Positions 49,977 through 61,146 of a stretch of DNA of 64,000 nt are shown piece by piece. A model generated the notes under the pieces. That model saw only the letters and a list, made by a program, of their open reading frames with translations. It did not search any database and was not told the DNA's origin. The number at the start of each line of letters is the position of its first letter. The stretch's first letter is position 1. The DNA is from Macrostomum lignano. Its lineage: Eukaryota. The stretch spans positions 186,001-250,000 of the forward strand of contig NIVC01000646.1 in the NCBI GenBank assembly GCA_002269645.1. Reading direction: 5' to 3'. Both the position numbers and the translations under genes were made by a program.

Positions 49977-52008
49977 TCAATAGCGACAAACGCGTTTGCA
50001 CAGTTTAAGTTTGCGCTTGACCATTCGTCTGCGCGCCCGCATGTAGGCCAACTTGCGCCTGAGGAACCAACGGCCAGCGTGCCACTTCAGGTGACGCCGG
50101 CTGCTCTTCTTCTCGTTGGTCTTCTTCCTGGCTTTGAGCTTTTTCAGCATCGATTGAATTCGCTTCTCGGCCCGTTTGATTCGTGAGAGCAGCTTGCGAA
50201 TCTTGTCGCAGCCTGGGGCGGAGCGATTCGGGCGAATGCGTTTCGTGCAGTGGGACAGGAACAGACTCCCTTGGGTCAGGAACTGAGACAGGAACAGACT
50301 CCCTTGGGTCAGGAACTGAGACAGAAACAGCCTACTTATGGGAGGTACAGGAACTGAGACAGTGTACTGAGACTCATGAGACAGGAACAGTTTACTCATG
50401 AGACAGGAACAGTTTACTCATGAGACAGGAACAGTTTACTCATGAGACAGGAACAGTTTACTCATGAGACAGGAACAGTTTACTCATGAGACAGGAACAG
50501 TTTACTCATGAGACAGGAACAGTTTACTCATGAGACAGGAACTGAGACAGGAACATAGTAGGAAAACTGACCCCGACGGCACTTGAAGCAGAAACGGAAA
50601 CGTCGCCTCAACTTGTTGAGCTTCCGCTTCAGCCGGAGTTTCCTATGCCGGAAGTGCTTCCTTCGCCAGTAGCCGTAGCTGTGCTTGGCTAGTCGGCCGT
50701 AGCGGACAATGAGCTGCACAAGTTTGGCCTGGAGTAAAACAACCCGACGGCAGGCCCGGAACACGCAGGTGTACCGGACGCGCAGGTAGGGCCGCTCCTT
50801 TGAGCTGCACGGCTTGCCGAAAATTTTCTTGCTCGCCTCAAGCCGGCAGCGCCGCTTGCCCTGGCAGAGACGGCGCGCTTCGTTCCGGCTGTTTTTAGCG
50901 GAGCAGCGCGCGATGCGACTGTCCAACTTTCGATGGCCGTGCTTGAACCTAAGCTTCGGACAGATGCGAGCGGAGTAGCGACCGTAGAAGGCGTCCAGGA
51001 CGCGGATTTTATAGCCGTTGCGGCAGCCGAGACGCAGGGTGCGGCCATGACAGGCGGTGCGAACGCGGACCCGATGCCGTCGGTGGTGACCATGGTGGCG
51101 ATGGGGCCGGTGCGGGCGGCGATCGCGCTGACGATGGGGCCGGTGCGGGCGGCGATCGTGCTGACGATGGGGCCGATGCGGGCGGCGATCGTGCTGACGA
51201 TGGGGCCGGTGCGGGCGGCGATCGTGCTGACGATGGGGCCGGTGCGGGCGGCGATGGCTGTGTTGACGCAACTCGAGGCGGTTGTGCGAGCGTTGACGGT
51301 CGTTGCCCTTGTCGTCGGCTGCGGAAAAACGTTGAAAAGCTAGGAAGGTATCTCAAAGTGACTTGCCAATGTACTTCGTTGGCTTCTGATTGTTAGCTCA
51401 ATCAGAATTGCAGGTAAAAGGCATATGAAACTATTGACGCTACAAACTCACCAGAGGCAAGAGGGCTATTGCAGCTAGCAAGCAGCTACAAACTCACAGA
51501 GGCAACAGCTATTGCAGCTAGCAAGCAGCTACAAACTCACCAGAGGCAACAGCTATTGCAGCTAGCAAACAGCTACAAACTCACCAGAGGCAACAGCTAT
51601 TGCAGCTAGCAAACAGCTACAAACTCACCAGAGGCAACAGCTATTGCAGCTAGCAAACAGCTACAAACTCACCAGAGGCAACAGCTATTGCAGCTAGCAA
51701 ACAGCTACAAACTCACCAGAGGCAACAGCTATTGCAGCTAGCAAGCAGCACAGCACACACAGAGGCAACAGCTATTGCAGCTAGCAAACAGCTACAAACT
51801 CACCAGAGGCAACAGCTATTGCAGCTAGCAAACAGCTACAAACTCACCAGAGGCAACAGCTATTGCAGCTAGCAAGCAGCTACAAACTCACCAGAGGCAA
51901 CAGCTATTGCAGCTAGCAAGCAGCTACAAACTCACCAGAGGCAACAGCTATTGCAGCTAGCAAGCAGCACAGCACACACAGAGGCAGTACTGCTCGAAAT
52001 CCGGCCAT
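49977..52008 (-). CDS. Secreted, highly cationic protein with His/Arg repeats and a SUEL (galactose/rhamnose-binding) lectin domain (351 aa, 3 exons)
   Basis: Exons 52008-51936 (signal peptide MAGFRAVLPLCVLCCLLAAIAVAS, GTGAGT donor), 51318-50572 and 50212-49977; both junctions phase 1; total 1056 nt. Eight-Cys SUEL pattern with YGR, FGKPC and YLRVRYTC. The second donor (GTCAGT) is weaker. Confidence 0.8.
50240..50550. repeat. Intronic repeats: 33-bp duplication and 22-bp (CTCATGAGACAGGAACAGTTTA)n
   Basis: Visible tandem units filling predicted intron 2 of the lectin gene. Confidence 0.9.
51440..51965 (-). repeat. 44-bp tandem repeat derived from the 3' end of the signal-peptide exon plus its splice donor
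   Basis: Minus-strand unit CTG(C/T)TTGCTAGCTGCAATAGCTGTTGCCTCTG|GTGAGTTTGTAG; 11 GTGAG donors counted, including the genuine one at 51935. Confidence 0.92.
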
Positions 52009-52504
52009 TACTGGACTTGAATTTGCAATGTTACGCCTAAGGTCAGAAAGAAATGAAAATCAAACAAAGCCTCGCTCTAGCGCCAATATTTTTATCCTCA
52101 AATTTGGCTCGGAAGGAAAAAACAGGTGCCCTCTCAGTGACGGATATCCAGCTCGAATGCTTCTCTCACTCGCAGTTGAATTGCTGCAAAAGACTGATGC
52201 CAAGGTGAGGCTTGTTGAGTTGCTTGCTGTGCTGTAGCTGTGTTGCAGATATATCATGGCTAGGAAAGCTTGACATTTGGACACAAAAATTGAATGCAAT
52301 TCGAATGCCAGGCAGCTGCAATGGGCTCCGCGTTTCACCTGCTATAGCAACAAGCAGTTCCAGCGGCATGACTGTTGTAAATTATTTTCGTAGCTCATAT
52401 TTTGGAATTGCCAACATTCTAGCTGTAGTTTTGTAATATTTCACTGCGAATGCATAGGGCAATGATTTATAGGGCTTAATGATTTTTGTCAACGGATATG
52501 GCTT

Positions 52505-52612
52505 AGGGTAGGGGTTAGGGTTATTGCATGTTAAAGTTAGGGCTAGGGCTAGGGCTAGTGCTAGGGTTAGGGATAAGGCTAATGTTAGGGCTAGGGCTAG
52601 GGCTAAGGGTTG
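52505..52612 (+). repeat. Degenerate interstitial telomere-like (TTAGGG/CTAGGG) tract
   Basis: GGGTTAGGG and CTAGGG hexamers visible. Confidence 0.7.
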
Positions 52613-52954
52613 AGGAGAATTTACCAGCAAAATTGTCATATGAAAGAAATATCACGGCAATAGAGGAATTTTTATAGACTTTCTATAGACTTTCCATGCT
52701 TGTTTTTTGAATAGAAAATCAATTTATTTTGTGTTGTCCCACATTTCCGTGATGGCCATCAGTTTAAGTTAGCAAAATGTCTGTCAGCTGTCAGAGCTGA
52801 CGCCAAGGCCAGGGTGTTGATTGGTCTGACAAAAAAGTCAATCAAGTAACTGTCACTCAAATATCCTCCTAATAGCAAGCTCTGTCAGCTCTCATGTCCG
52901 ACAGATTGGATTTTTGTCTTCGATTTCTATTCAGTGCATATTTGTGTTGTGTTT

Positions 52955-53785
52955 ATTGCTCATAGTCTGATGTACAGTGTCTATTGCTCATAGTCTGATG
53001 TACAGTGTCTATTGCTCATAGTCTGATGTACAGTGTCTATTGCTCATAGTCTGATGTACAGTGTCTATTGCTCATAGTCTGATGTACAGTGTCTATTGCT
53101 CATAGTCTGATGTACAGTGTCTATTGCTCATAGTCTGATGTACAGTGTCTATTGCTCATAGTCTGATGTACAGTGTCTATTGCTCATAGTCTGATGTACA
53201 GTGTCTATTGCTCATAGTCTGATGTACAGTGTCTATTGCTCATAGTCTGATGTACAGTGTCTATTGCTCATAGTCTGATGTACAGTGTCTATTGCTCATA
53301 GTCTGATGTACAGTGTCTATTGCTCATAGTCTGATGTACAGTGTCTATTGCTCATAGTCTGATGTACAGTGTCTATTGCTCATAGTCTGATGTACAGTGT
53401 CTATTGCTCATAGTCTGATGTACAGTGCCTATTGCTCACAGTCTGATGTACAGTGTCTATTGCTCATAGTCTGGTGTACAGTGTCTATTGCTCATAGTCT
53501 GATGTACAGTGCCTATTGCTCACAGTCTGATGTACAGTGTCTATTGCTCATAGTCTGGTGTACAGTGTCTATTGCTCATAGTCTGATGTACAGTGCCTAT
53601 TGCTCACAGTCTGATGTACAGTGTCTATTGCTCACAGTCTGATGTACAGTTTCTATTTCTCGCAGTCTGATGTACAGTGTCTATTGCTCATAGTCTGGTG
53701 TACAGTGCCTATTGCTCACAGTCTGATGTACAGTTTCTATTTCTCGCAGTCTGATGTACAGTGTCTATTTATAACAGTCTGATGT
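52955..53785. repeat. 28-bp minisatellite (CTCATAGTCTGATGTACAGTGTCTATTG)n
   Basis: Visible period of 28; homogeneous left part and diverged right part. Confidence 0.96.
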
Positions 53786-54234
53786 CACAGGAATGCTTCT
53801 GATAGTACAACCGATGGCAGATGGTATTCATACCAAACTAAAATGAATAAAGCACAACAGCTTCATAGAAGTGCGGGCTACCAGGGTGCGCCAAGTACAG
53901 CACTATGCAGTCTGCAGCCTATTATTGATGTTGAATGCATTATTAGTTAGTCATCCCCCAGCTAGCGGGGTTAACCCCCCCCCGCATTATCGGGTATAAC
54001 AAATTTTTTGGCGGCAATATTTTTCATTTATTGCGTTTCTCTTCTTACAAACGTGCAGCCGACTGCAGTCTGCCTTCCCGTCTCCCCCTACTGGCTCCTG
54101 TCTCCTTCCAGCTGCCTCGCGCCCCATCACGATCGGAATTCCCTAGTGACGTGTTAGTTCTTTCTTAACATGTCTCTCTGTGCAGCTTGCCGCGAAATCC
54201 TTGGAAGTAAAATGTGTCAGCGAAACTCCAAGTC

Positions 54235-54530
54235 GATCTCTATGCTTCGATTAAATTGTGTCTGTACAGCAATCCAGATCTCTATGCTTCGATTAAATTG
54301 TGTCTGTACAGCAATCCAGATCTCTATGCTTCGATTAACTTGTGTCTGTACAGCAATCCAGATCTCTATGCTTCGATTAAATTGTGTCTGTACAGCAATC
54401 CAGATCTCTATGCTTCGATTAACTTGTGTCTGTACAACAATCCAGATCTCTATGCTTCGATTAAATTGTGCCTGTACAACAATCCAGATCTCTATGCTTC
54501 GATTAAATTGTGTCTGTACAGCAATCCAGA
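54235..54530. repeat. 42-bp minisatellite (~7 copies)
   Basis: GATCTCTATGCTTCGATTAAATTGTGTCTGTACAGCAATCCA repeated. Confidence 0.95.
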
Positions 54531-54798
54531 GAAATGTTTTTCATCGGCAGCAAACTTAGTTAAAATGCTGCTGATAATTTCTCCCCATCCGCAGTCTCCC
54601 CCCCTTTTCTCCCCGGCCCTCAGCTGAAGTGGCGACTGCATCAAGCCAGGCCCCCGCTATTGGCCCGCCAGCTTTCCCCGGCAGAGACAAAAACTCAATT
54701 TCAGCATAGAAGATATATTCTAATGCTCAACTCACTAACGGGCAAGCAGACTGTATTCAATATGCTATCTGTTTTATAGCCTGATAATCCAGGCCGCC

Positions 54799-56055
54799 AT
54801 GGACCCGGACAGCACCGGTTCCGACGCCTACAGGGTGTGGCTTGCCCGCCTCAACCTGCTCAACGTGCCCCTGGTGGCCCTGGGCATTGCTGGTAATTTC
54901 GTCAACTGTCTGTCCTTCTCGCAGCGAGCGGTGTGGCGGCACAGCCTCACGGCTGCTCTGTTCGCTCTGTCGCTAAACGACCTGCTGCTGCTGGGCACCT
55001 TCACCACCGTGGCCAACTCCGGGCTGCAGATCGGCAGCGCAGTCGGCTGCTTTGTTACGCAGTTCCTCTACGGCAGCCTGTCGATGCTCAGCCCCTGGCT
55101 ACTCGTCGGCATCACCATGGATCGACTGTTGCACGTTTCCGACTCGCCGCTGGCCAGGCGATTCCGTCCCGGTTGCGTCGTGGCCTCCCTGGCCGCCGTG
55201 AGCGCCGGGCTGAACCTGCACGTGGCCTACAGCATTGTGTACCTGCCCGACCCCATCCACAACGGCACGATGAACTGCATGCCGAGGCGTGGCGCCGAGA
55301 TATTCGCTCTGGCCGACGCTGTGGCCTCAGCCCTGCTGCCCGGAGCTCTACTCGTGCTGCTCAACGCCGCAGTGTACCACGTGGCCAGGCGGGCCGGCCA
55401 GCTGCGCCCGAACGGCGGCAGCGCCGGAGTCGGCGGACAGCAGGCCGGACAGAGCCAGACAGTTCGGCCGCGCTACCAGCTCAGCCGGATGCTGCTGAGC
55501 TTCTGCCTGGCTTACCTGCTGCTCAACCTGCCCAACTATGCCATCATCTGCGCCGGCCTGCTGCTCCAGCGAAGCCGCGTCAGGATCAACGGCGAGCACT
55601 TCAACCTGGTGCGCAGCGCCTGCCAGACTCTCTACTTGGTGCACTTCTCCACCAACGGGCTCATCTACGCCTACTGCAACCGCAAGTACCGGGTGGCTCT
55701 CGCCCTGCTAGGCCGCAAAGCGCGCCAGCGACTTGGCCGCCTGCTCCGATTGTTCCGCCGACTGTTCAACCGCCTGCGGCAGCGCGCCAGACCGCGATGG
55801 CCGATTAACGGTGACCAACGGTTCGTCACCTTCGTGCCGTTGGAGGCAGCCGCGGCAGCCGCGCTTGCTGTTGGCCAGGAAGCCGAAAACGAAGCTTCAA
55901 ACGAGCATGTCGGCAACGCCTGCCGCTGCGGCCGCTGCGAGCACCAGATCAAACTGCCGGTCGGCGCTGCCGCCGATGCTGGCGCCGATGCTGGCGCTGA
56001 ACCTCGCGGCGACCTCGCCAGATGCCAATTGATGAAGCCGGCCAGTTTTGGCTGA
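54799..56055 (+). CDS. Single-exon class A (rhodopsin-like) GPCR, probably of the peptide-receptor type (418 aa)
   Basis: Seven hydrophobic segments; TM1 GN, TM2 LSLND, TM3 Cys and DRL, TM6 NLP, TM7 NGLIY followed by basic helix 8. Confidence 0.88.
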   Translation: MDPDSTGSDAYRVWLARLNLLNVPLVALGIAGNFVNCLSFSQRAVWRHSLTAALFALSLNDLLLLGTFTTVANSGLQIGSAVGCFVTQFLYGSLSMLSPWLLVGITMDRLLHVSDSPLARRFRPGCVVASLAAVSAGLNLHVAYSIVYLPDPIHNGTMNCMPRRGAEIFALADAVASALLPGALLVLLNAAVYHVARRAGQLRPNGGSAGVGGQQAGQSQTVRPRYQLSRMLLSFCLAYLLLNLPNYAIICAGLLLQRSRVRINGEHFNLVRSACQTLYLVHFSTNGLIYAYCNRKYRVALALLGRKARQRLGRLLRLFRRLFNRLRQRARPRWPINGDQRFVTFVPLEAAAAAALAVGQEAENEASNEHVGNACRCGRCEHQIKLPVGAAADAGADAGAEPRGDLARCQLMKPASFG

Positions 56056-56109
56056 CAAATTATTGGCTGATTGATCTGACTGTTGATTGATCCAAGTAAA
56101 AAATAATCT

Positions 56110-56502
56110 TGGCGCCAATCGCTAGCAATGACGGGTTCCATTGGCGCCAATCGCTAGCAATGACGGGTTCCATTGGCGCCAATCTCTAGCAATGACGGGT
56201 TCCATTGGCACCACCCTCCAGCAATGACGGGTTCCATTGGCGCCACTCTCTAGCAATGACGGGTTCCATTGGCGCCAATCTCTAGCAATGACGGGTTCCA
56301 TTGGCGCCACTCTCCAGCAATGACGGGTTCCATTGGCGCCACTCTCCAGCAATGACGGGTTCCATTGGCGCCACTCTCTAGCAATGACGGGTTCCATTGG
56401 CGCCACTCTCAAGCAATGACGGGTTCCATTGGCGCCACTCTCTAGCAATGACGGGTTCCATTGGCGCCACTCTCTAGCAATGACGTGTTCCATTGGCGCC
56501 AT
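56110..56502. repeat. 32-bp minisatellite (~12 copies)
   Basis: GCAATGACGGGTTCCATTGGCGCCACTCTCTA repeated. Confidence 0.95.
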
Positions 56503-57183
56503 CAAGCAAGCACAGTATCCAATGCATAATCCGTTTTAAATCCATTTTTTATCTTTCAAAAGCCAATATAAAGAGGTATATGGGCCCCCGGAAAGCGCTA
56601 AAGTCACACAGATCACCCCGGCCATTCTTATCTTAATCTTCTTTTAGTCACTCTTTGTTTCACTTGCTTTAATTTACCAAAGCTTTTTTGTACCATAAAT
56701 TTCTCCTGTTTTTTGTTGTTGTTATATAAAGTTGCACCAGTAGAAGCAATAAGGGTCCTGTCACTCTCACCACCCCTTACTCTGTTATTTCACCACCCAG
56801 ACAGTCAGTTATAGCTCTCATGGTAACTGTGAATATACAAAATATAAGAAAATAGAAACAATAAATTGTATAGACAACAATAATAGCCTGTAAAATTTGT
56901 CTGTCCGTCTGCCTGTCAATTAACAAGCCGAAGGCACATTCGCACAGCACCGTTAAGCCAAGAGCCATGCTAACATATGCTAAATATTCAATTCTAAATG
57001 TCGCGGCAGTTAAGTCTGCACTGCAGTAGTAGTGTGTCACTAACTCATACGAGCCGTAGGAATTACAGTTAGCAAATTTCAAACTCTGAATTTTAACTAA
57101 CTGAATAATTTGAGGTTTGATAGTACTCTTTAAACTCTTAAACTTGCACTCGCAATAAATAACAAGCATGCAAAACATTGAAG

Positions 57184-57570
57184 ATTCATTCCCCACTTGG
57201 GTCTGGCCATTGACTACAGAAACGTATTCATTCCCCACTTGGGCCAGGCCATAGACTGCAGAAACGTATTCATTCCCCACATGGGCCAGGCCATAGACTA
57301 CAGAAACGTATTCATTCCCAACATGGGCCAGGCCATAGACTACAGAAACGTATTCATTCCCCACTTGGGCCAGGCCATAGACTACAGAAACGTATTCATT
57401 CCCCACTTGGGCCAGGCCATAGACTACAGAAACGTATTCATTCCCCACTTGGGCCAGGCCATAGACTACAGAAACGTATTCATTCCCCACTTGGGCCAGG
57501 CCATAGATTACAGAAACTTATTCATTCCCCCTACTTGGGCCAGTCCATAGACTGCAGAAACTTAATCCCC
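57184..57570. repeat. 42-bp minisatellite (~9 copies)
   Basis: TATTCATTCCCCACTTGGGCCAGGCCATAGACTACAGAAACG repeated. Confidence 0.94.
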
Positions 57571-58014
57571 ACTGAGGAATAAACACACTTTTCCCGCATG
57601 TTTCATTTATCATGACCGCAAACGACTGAGGACTCGTTTATTGGGCGAGAGCAGAACAGGAACGAAAACAGAAATGAATGTTATAATATTCAATTCAACA
57701 TTTTATATTAATTTTTATGTACAACGCACAAAACTAGCTTATAAAAATAGGAAATTCAGAAGCAGAGCAAGTAGCTGAAAACTACAGTAAAAGTGTTATC
57801 GGAGCTCGGCAGTAAAATCAAGGAGGGAAGATCGCCGTAGATAGGACAAAGGGAATATTCGCAAAAAGTACAGGCCAATCCCTTCACCAAATTGCAGTGC
57901 GTGCCACTCAGTATCCATAATCAGTATAATCACAAGCCGTGAAAGCAAAGTGCTTGCTTCCAGAATTCGATATCAGCTTTTGAGAAATATTGTCATGCGT
58001 GTAAGTTGCGTGGT

Positions 58015-58968
58015 AGAGAGACAGGTGAGAGAGACAGGTGAGGGGAGAGATACAGGTGAGAGGGAGAGAGACAGGTGAGAGGGAGAGAGACAGGTGAGAG
58101 GGAGAGAGACAGGTGAGAGGGAGAGAGACAGGTGAGAGGGAGAGAGACAGGTGAGAGGGAGAGAGACAGGTGAGAGGGAGAGAGACAGGTGAGAGAGACA
58201 GGTGAGAGAGACAGGTGAGAGAGACAGGTGAGAGAGACAGGTGAGGGGAGAGAGACAGGTGAGAGAGACAGGTGAGAGAGACAGGTGAGAGAGACAGGTG
58301 AGGGGAGAGAGACAGGTGAGAGAGACAGGTGAGGGGAGAGAGACAGGTGAGAGGGAGAGAGACAGGTGAGAGGGAGAGAGACAGGTGAGAGAGACAGGTG
58401 AGAGAGACAGGTGAGAGAGACAGGTGAGAGAGACAGGTGAGAGAGACAGGTGAGAGAGACAGGTGAGAGAGACAGGTGAGAGAGACAGGTGAGAGAGACA
58501 GGTGAGAGAGACAGGTGAGAGAGACAGGTGAGAGAGACAGGTGAGAGAGACAGGTGAGAGAGACAGGTGAGAGAGACAGGTGAGAGAGACAGGTGAGAGA
58601 GACAGGTGAGAGAGACAGGTGAGAGAGACAGGTGAGAGAGACAGGTGAGAGAGACAGGTGAGAGAGACAGGTGAGAGAGACAGGTGAGAGAGACAGGTGA
58701 GAGAGACAGGTGAGAGAGACAGGTGAGAGAGACAGGTGAGAGAGACAGGTGAGAGAGACAGGTGAGAGGGAGAGAGACAGGTGAGAGAGACAGGTGAGAG
58801 AGACAGGTGAGAGAGACAGGTGAGAGAGACAGGTGAGAGAGACAGGTGAGAGGGAGAGAGACAGGTGAGAGAGACAGGTGAGAGGGAGAGAGACAGGTGA
58901 GAGAGACAGGTGAGAGAGACAGGTGAGAGAGACAGGTGAGAGAGACAGGTGAGAGAGACAGGTGAGGA
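58015..58968. repeat. 13-bp purine-rich minisatellite (ACAGGTGAGAGAG)n
   Basis: Visible repeat with GAGG-insertion variants. Confidence 0.96.
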
Positions 58969-58997
58969 GACACGCGCAGGCTGAGACAGCTGAGTGC

Positions 58998-59432
58998 TCA
59001 TCGCTGCTGCACCCCAGCAGCAGACGGTGAATCTGCAGCGCCAGCCACCGGAAGCGAACTTCGGCGACGCGATCCGGAAGTCGCCGCCGCTGCAGCCGCG
59101 GATGCGGCAGCCGCCTGCCGGCGCCAGGCGTCATAAGCGGCGCGCATTTCGCTGGCGGCGGCGCGCATCCGCTGGACGCTCTCCAGGTGCGCCTCCTCGG
59201 CCCTGTTCAGGCGGTCGATGTTGTCGCTGTGGAGCTGGGCTCGGCCGGACTCGGACATGGCGCGGTAGCGCTGCACCGCGGCGCGACACTCCGGCTCCTG
59301 GCCGGCCTCCTGGCGCGCGGTGCGCAGCTCGGCCTGCAGGCGGGCGTCGGCGATGGCGCCGGCTGCAGCGCCAGAGCGCTCTATGAGTCGGATGACGGAG
59401 TCCAGCTTGAAGGAGCGAAAAATCCGGCCTGT
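58998..59432 (-). CDS. Probable terminal coding exon, Ala/Arg/Glu-rich helical protein of unknown function
   Basis: GC-rich coding-like stretch preceded by acceptor CACGTTTCAG(ACAG); reading frame [16 protein letters not shown]...AGVQQR-stop. Upstream exons not identified. Confidence 0.55.
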   Translation of the reverse strand, partial: TGRIFRSFKLDSVIRLIERSGAAAGAIADARLQAELRTARQEAGQEPECRAAVQRYRAMSESGRAQLHSDNIDRLNRAEEAHLESVQRMRAAASEMRAAYDAWRRQAAAASAAAAAATSGSRRRSSLPVAGAADSPSAAGVQQR

Positions 59433-59440
59433 CTGAAACG

Positions 59441-59632
59441 TGGATTGGATGGGCTGGACTGTGGATTGGATAGGCTGGACTGTGGATTGGATGGGCTGGA
59501 CTGTGGATTGGATAGGCTGGACTGTGGATTGGATGGGCTGGACTGTGGATTGGATGAGCTGGACTGTGGATTGGATTGGCTGGACTGTGGATTGGATAGG
59601 CTGGACTGTGAATTGGATGGGCTGGACTGTGA
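59441..59632. repeat. 21-bp minisatellite (TGGATTGGATGGGCTGGACTG), 9 copies
   Basis: Visible repeat immediately upstream of the 59432 acceptor. Confidence 0.95.
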
Positions 59633-59639
59633 ACCTCCA

Positions 59640-59930
59640 TTTGAGGCTTGTGTGCACAAAAATTGGCCTGGAGGAGTGTCGTGCGATTCAACAGCCGTGA
59701 GGGCCAACCCCAAGGCACAGAGAGTGTACATGCCTGACGATTAGGAAGTCAAAGGGCTGCTGTACACCCTGTGTGAGCGAGTGTACGAGTGCGTGACAGC
59801 GTACAGTGCTCAGGAGTCAGTGGAATGGGCAGAATTTCCATCAGCATTGATTGTGGGACGATGTGGCTGAAGGTTTTGCACCAGGGCGCCAACAGGCCTC
59901 CTGCAACTAATATTATGATTAATATTATTA
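59640..59930 (+). mobile_element. 5'-truncated copy of the 38901 SINE family
   Basis: GCCAACCCCAAGGCACAGAGAGTGTACATGCC...GGAATGGGCAG aligns by eye with 39040-39250. Confidence 0.65.
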
Positions 59931-60474
59931 GTATCAAGTTAGGATGGGCAGCAAACAGTTTTATTTAGTCATTCTATACAATATTACTCAGCACCAATGC
60001 GATGCGCCGGCCACAGCTCTGCATGGGATTCCGTCTGGCGGTAAAACTCCTGCTGATCCCCCATGTCCCTATCAACCCCCGGCCGGGTGAAAAAAGAGAA
60101 GGGCTTCAATTCTCCCAGCAATGTCCCCGTACTAAGGCAATTAAAAAGCGGCAACTGCCGGGACCTAGAGCAAGGGCCTCTTCATCTGACATCTGGACTA
60201 GAATAGAACATTAGAAACTTTTGCTGTGACAGCCGTTGTGGAGTCGAGAAAAGAGCTCACAGTAGTCCATGATCATGCATGAGCAGATAAATGACAAAAA
60301 TAATATTGATGATTGTAGAATTAATCCGCAAAGTTGTAAATTATTTGGCCTGAACCAAGAATAATAGGATTAAAACCAGCACATCCTATATTTGGGGTTG
60401 TAAATTTCACTTAGCTATGTTGCTCCAGTATGGAAATTGTTGATTTTCATGTTTTACCGGAAACAAAAGAAAAG

Positions 60475-60747
60475 AGAGCCGCTGCACCCTCAGTGAGAGC
60501 CGCTGCACCCTCAGTGAGAGCCGCTGCACCCTCAGTGAGAGCCGCTGCACCCTCAGTGAGAGCCGCTGCACCCTCAGTGAGAGCCGCTGCACCCTCAGTG
60601 AGAGCCGCTGCACCCTCAGTGAGAGTCGCTGCACCCTCAGTGAGAGCCGCTGCCGCCTCAGTGAGAGCCGCTGCACCCTCAGTGAGAGCCGCTGCACCCT
60701 CAGTGAGAGCCGCTGCACCCTCAGTGAGAGCCGCTGCCCCCTCAGTG
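60475..60747. repeat. 21-bp minisatellite (GAGAGCCGCTGCACCCTCAGT), 13 copies
   Basis: Visible repeat; reads (TEGAAAL)n on the minus strand. Confidence 0.95.
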
Positions 60748-61146
60748 AAATCTCCAACAAAATTGCTTAGCTGCAAACCGGAAACTGGCGTATGAGGACC
60801 TCCTCGTCCGCTCCCAGGAACTCAGGGATATCAATAATCAATGCAATAAGAATAGGCCTTGATACTGGTATATGTACTTCATGTATTGATTATTTATTCA
60901 TTATATAGATTATTAATTGCCGTTGCCACCCAGAAGAATCTTTGCAATGACGCTTGCATTAGACACCAGACAGTGAGCGGATGGACGGCAAATCTAATAA
61001 ATACGATATTAATAGATGATCACTGATTGGATTTGAGGCTCGCCTAGTGTGGCTAGCATGTAATCTTTTTGTCCGTCTGGACCCGAGGGGTCAAACTGGC
61101 TTCGACAAGGGGACAAAAAAATTAGGTAAAAGTTCTAGTTAGGAGT

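Noticed and set aside
56122-59001. ORFs through the 32-, 42- and 13-bp arrays (including 408, 342 and 326 aa LSPVSLTC ORFs)
   Set aside because: Stop-free by repeat composition; open in all three minus frames for the 13-mer; no coding signature.
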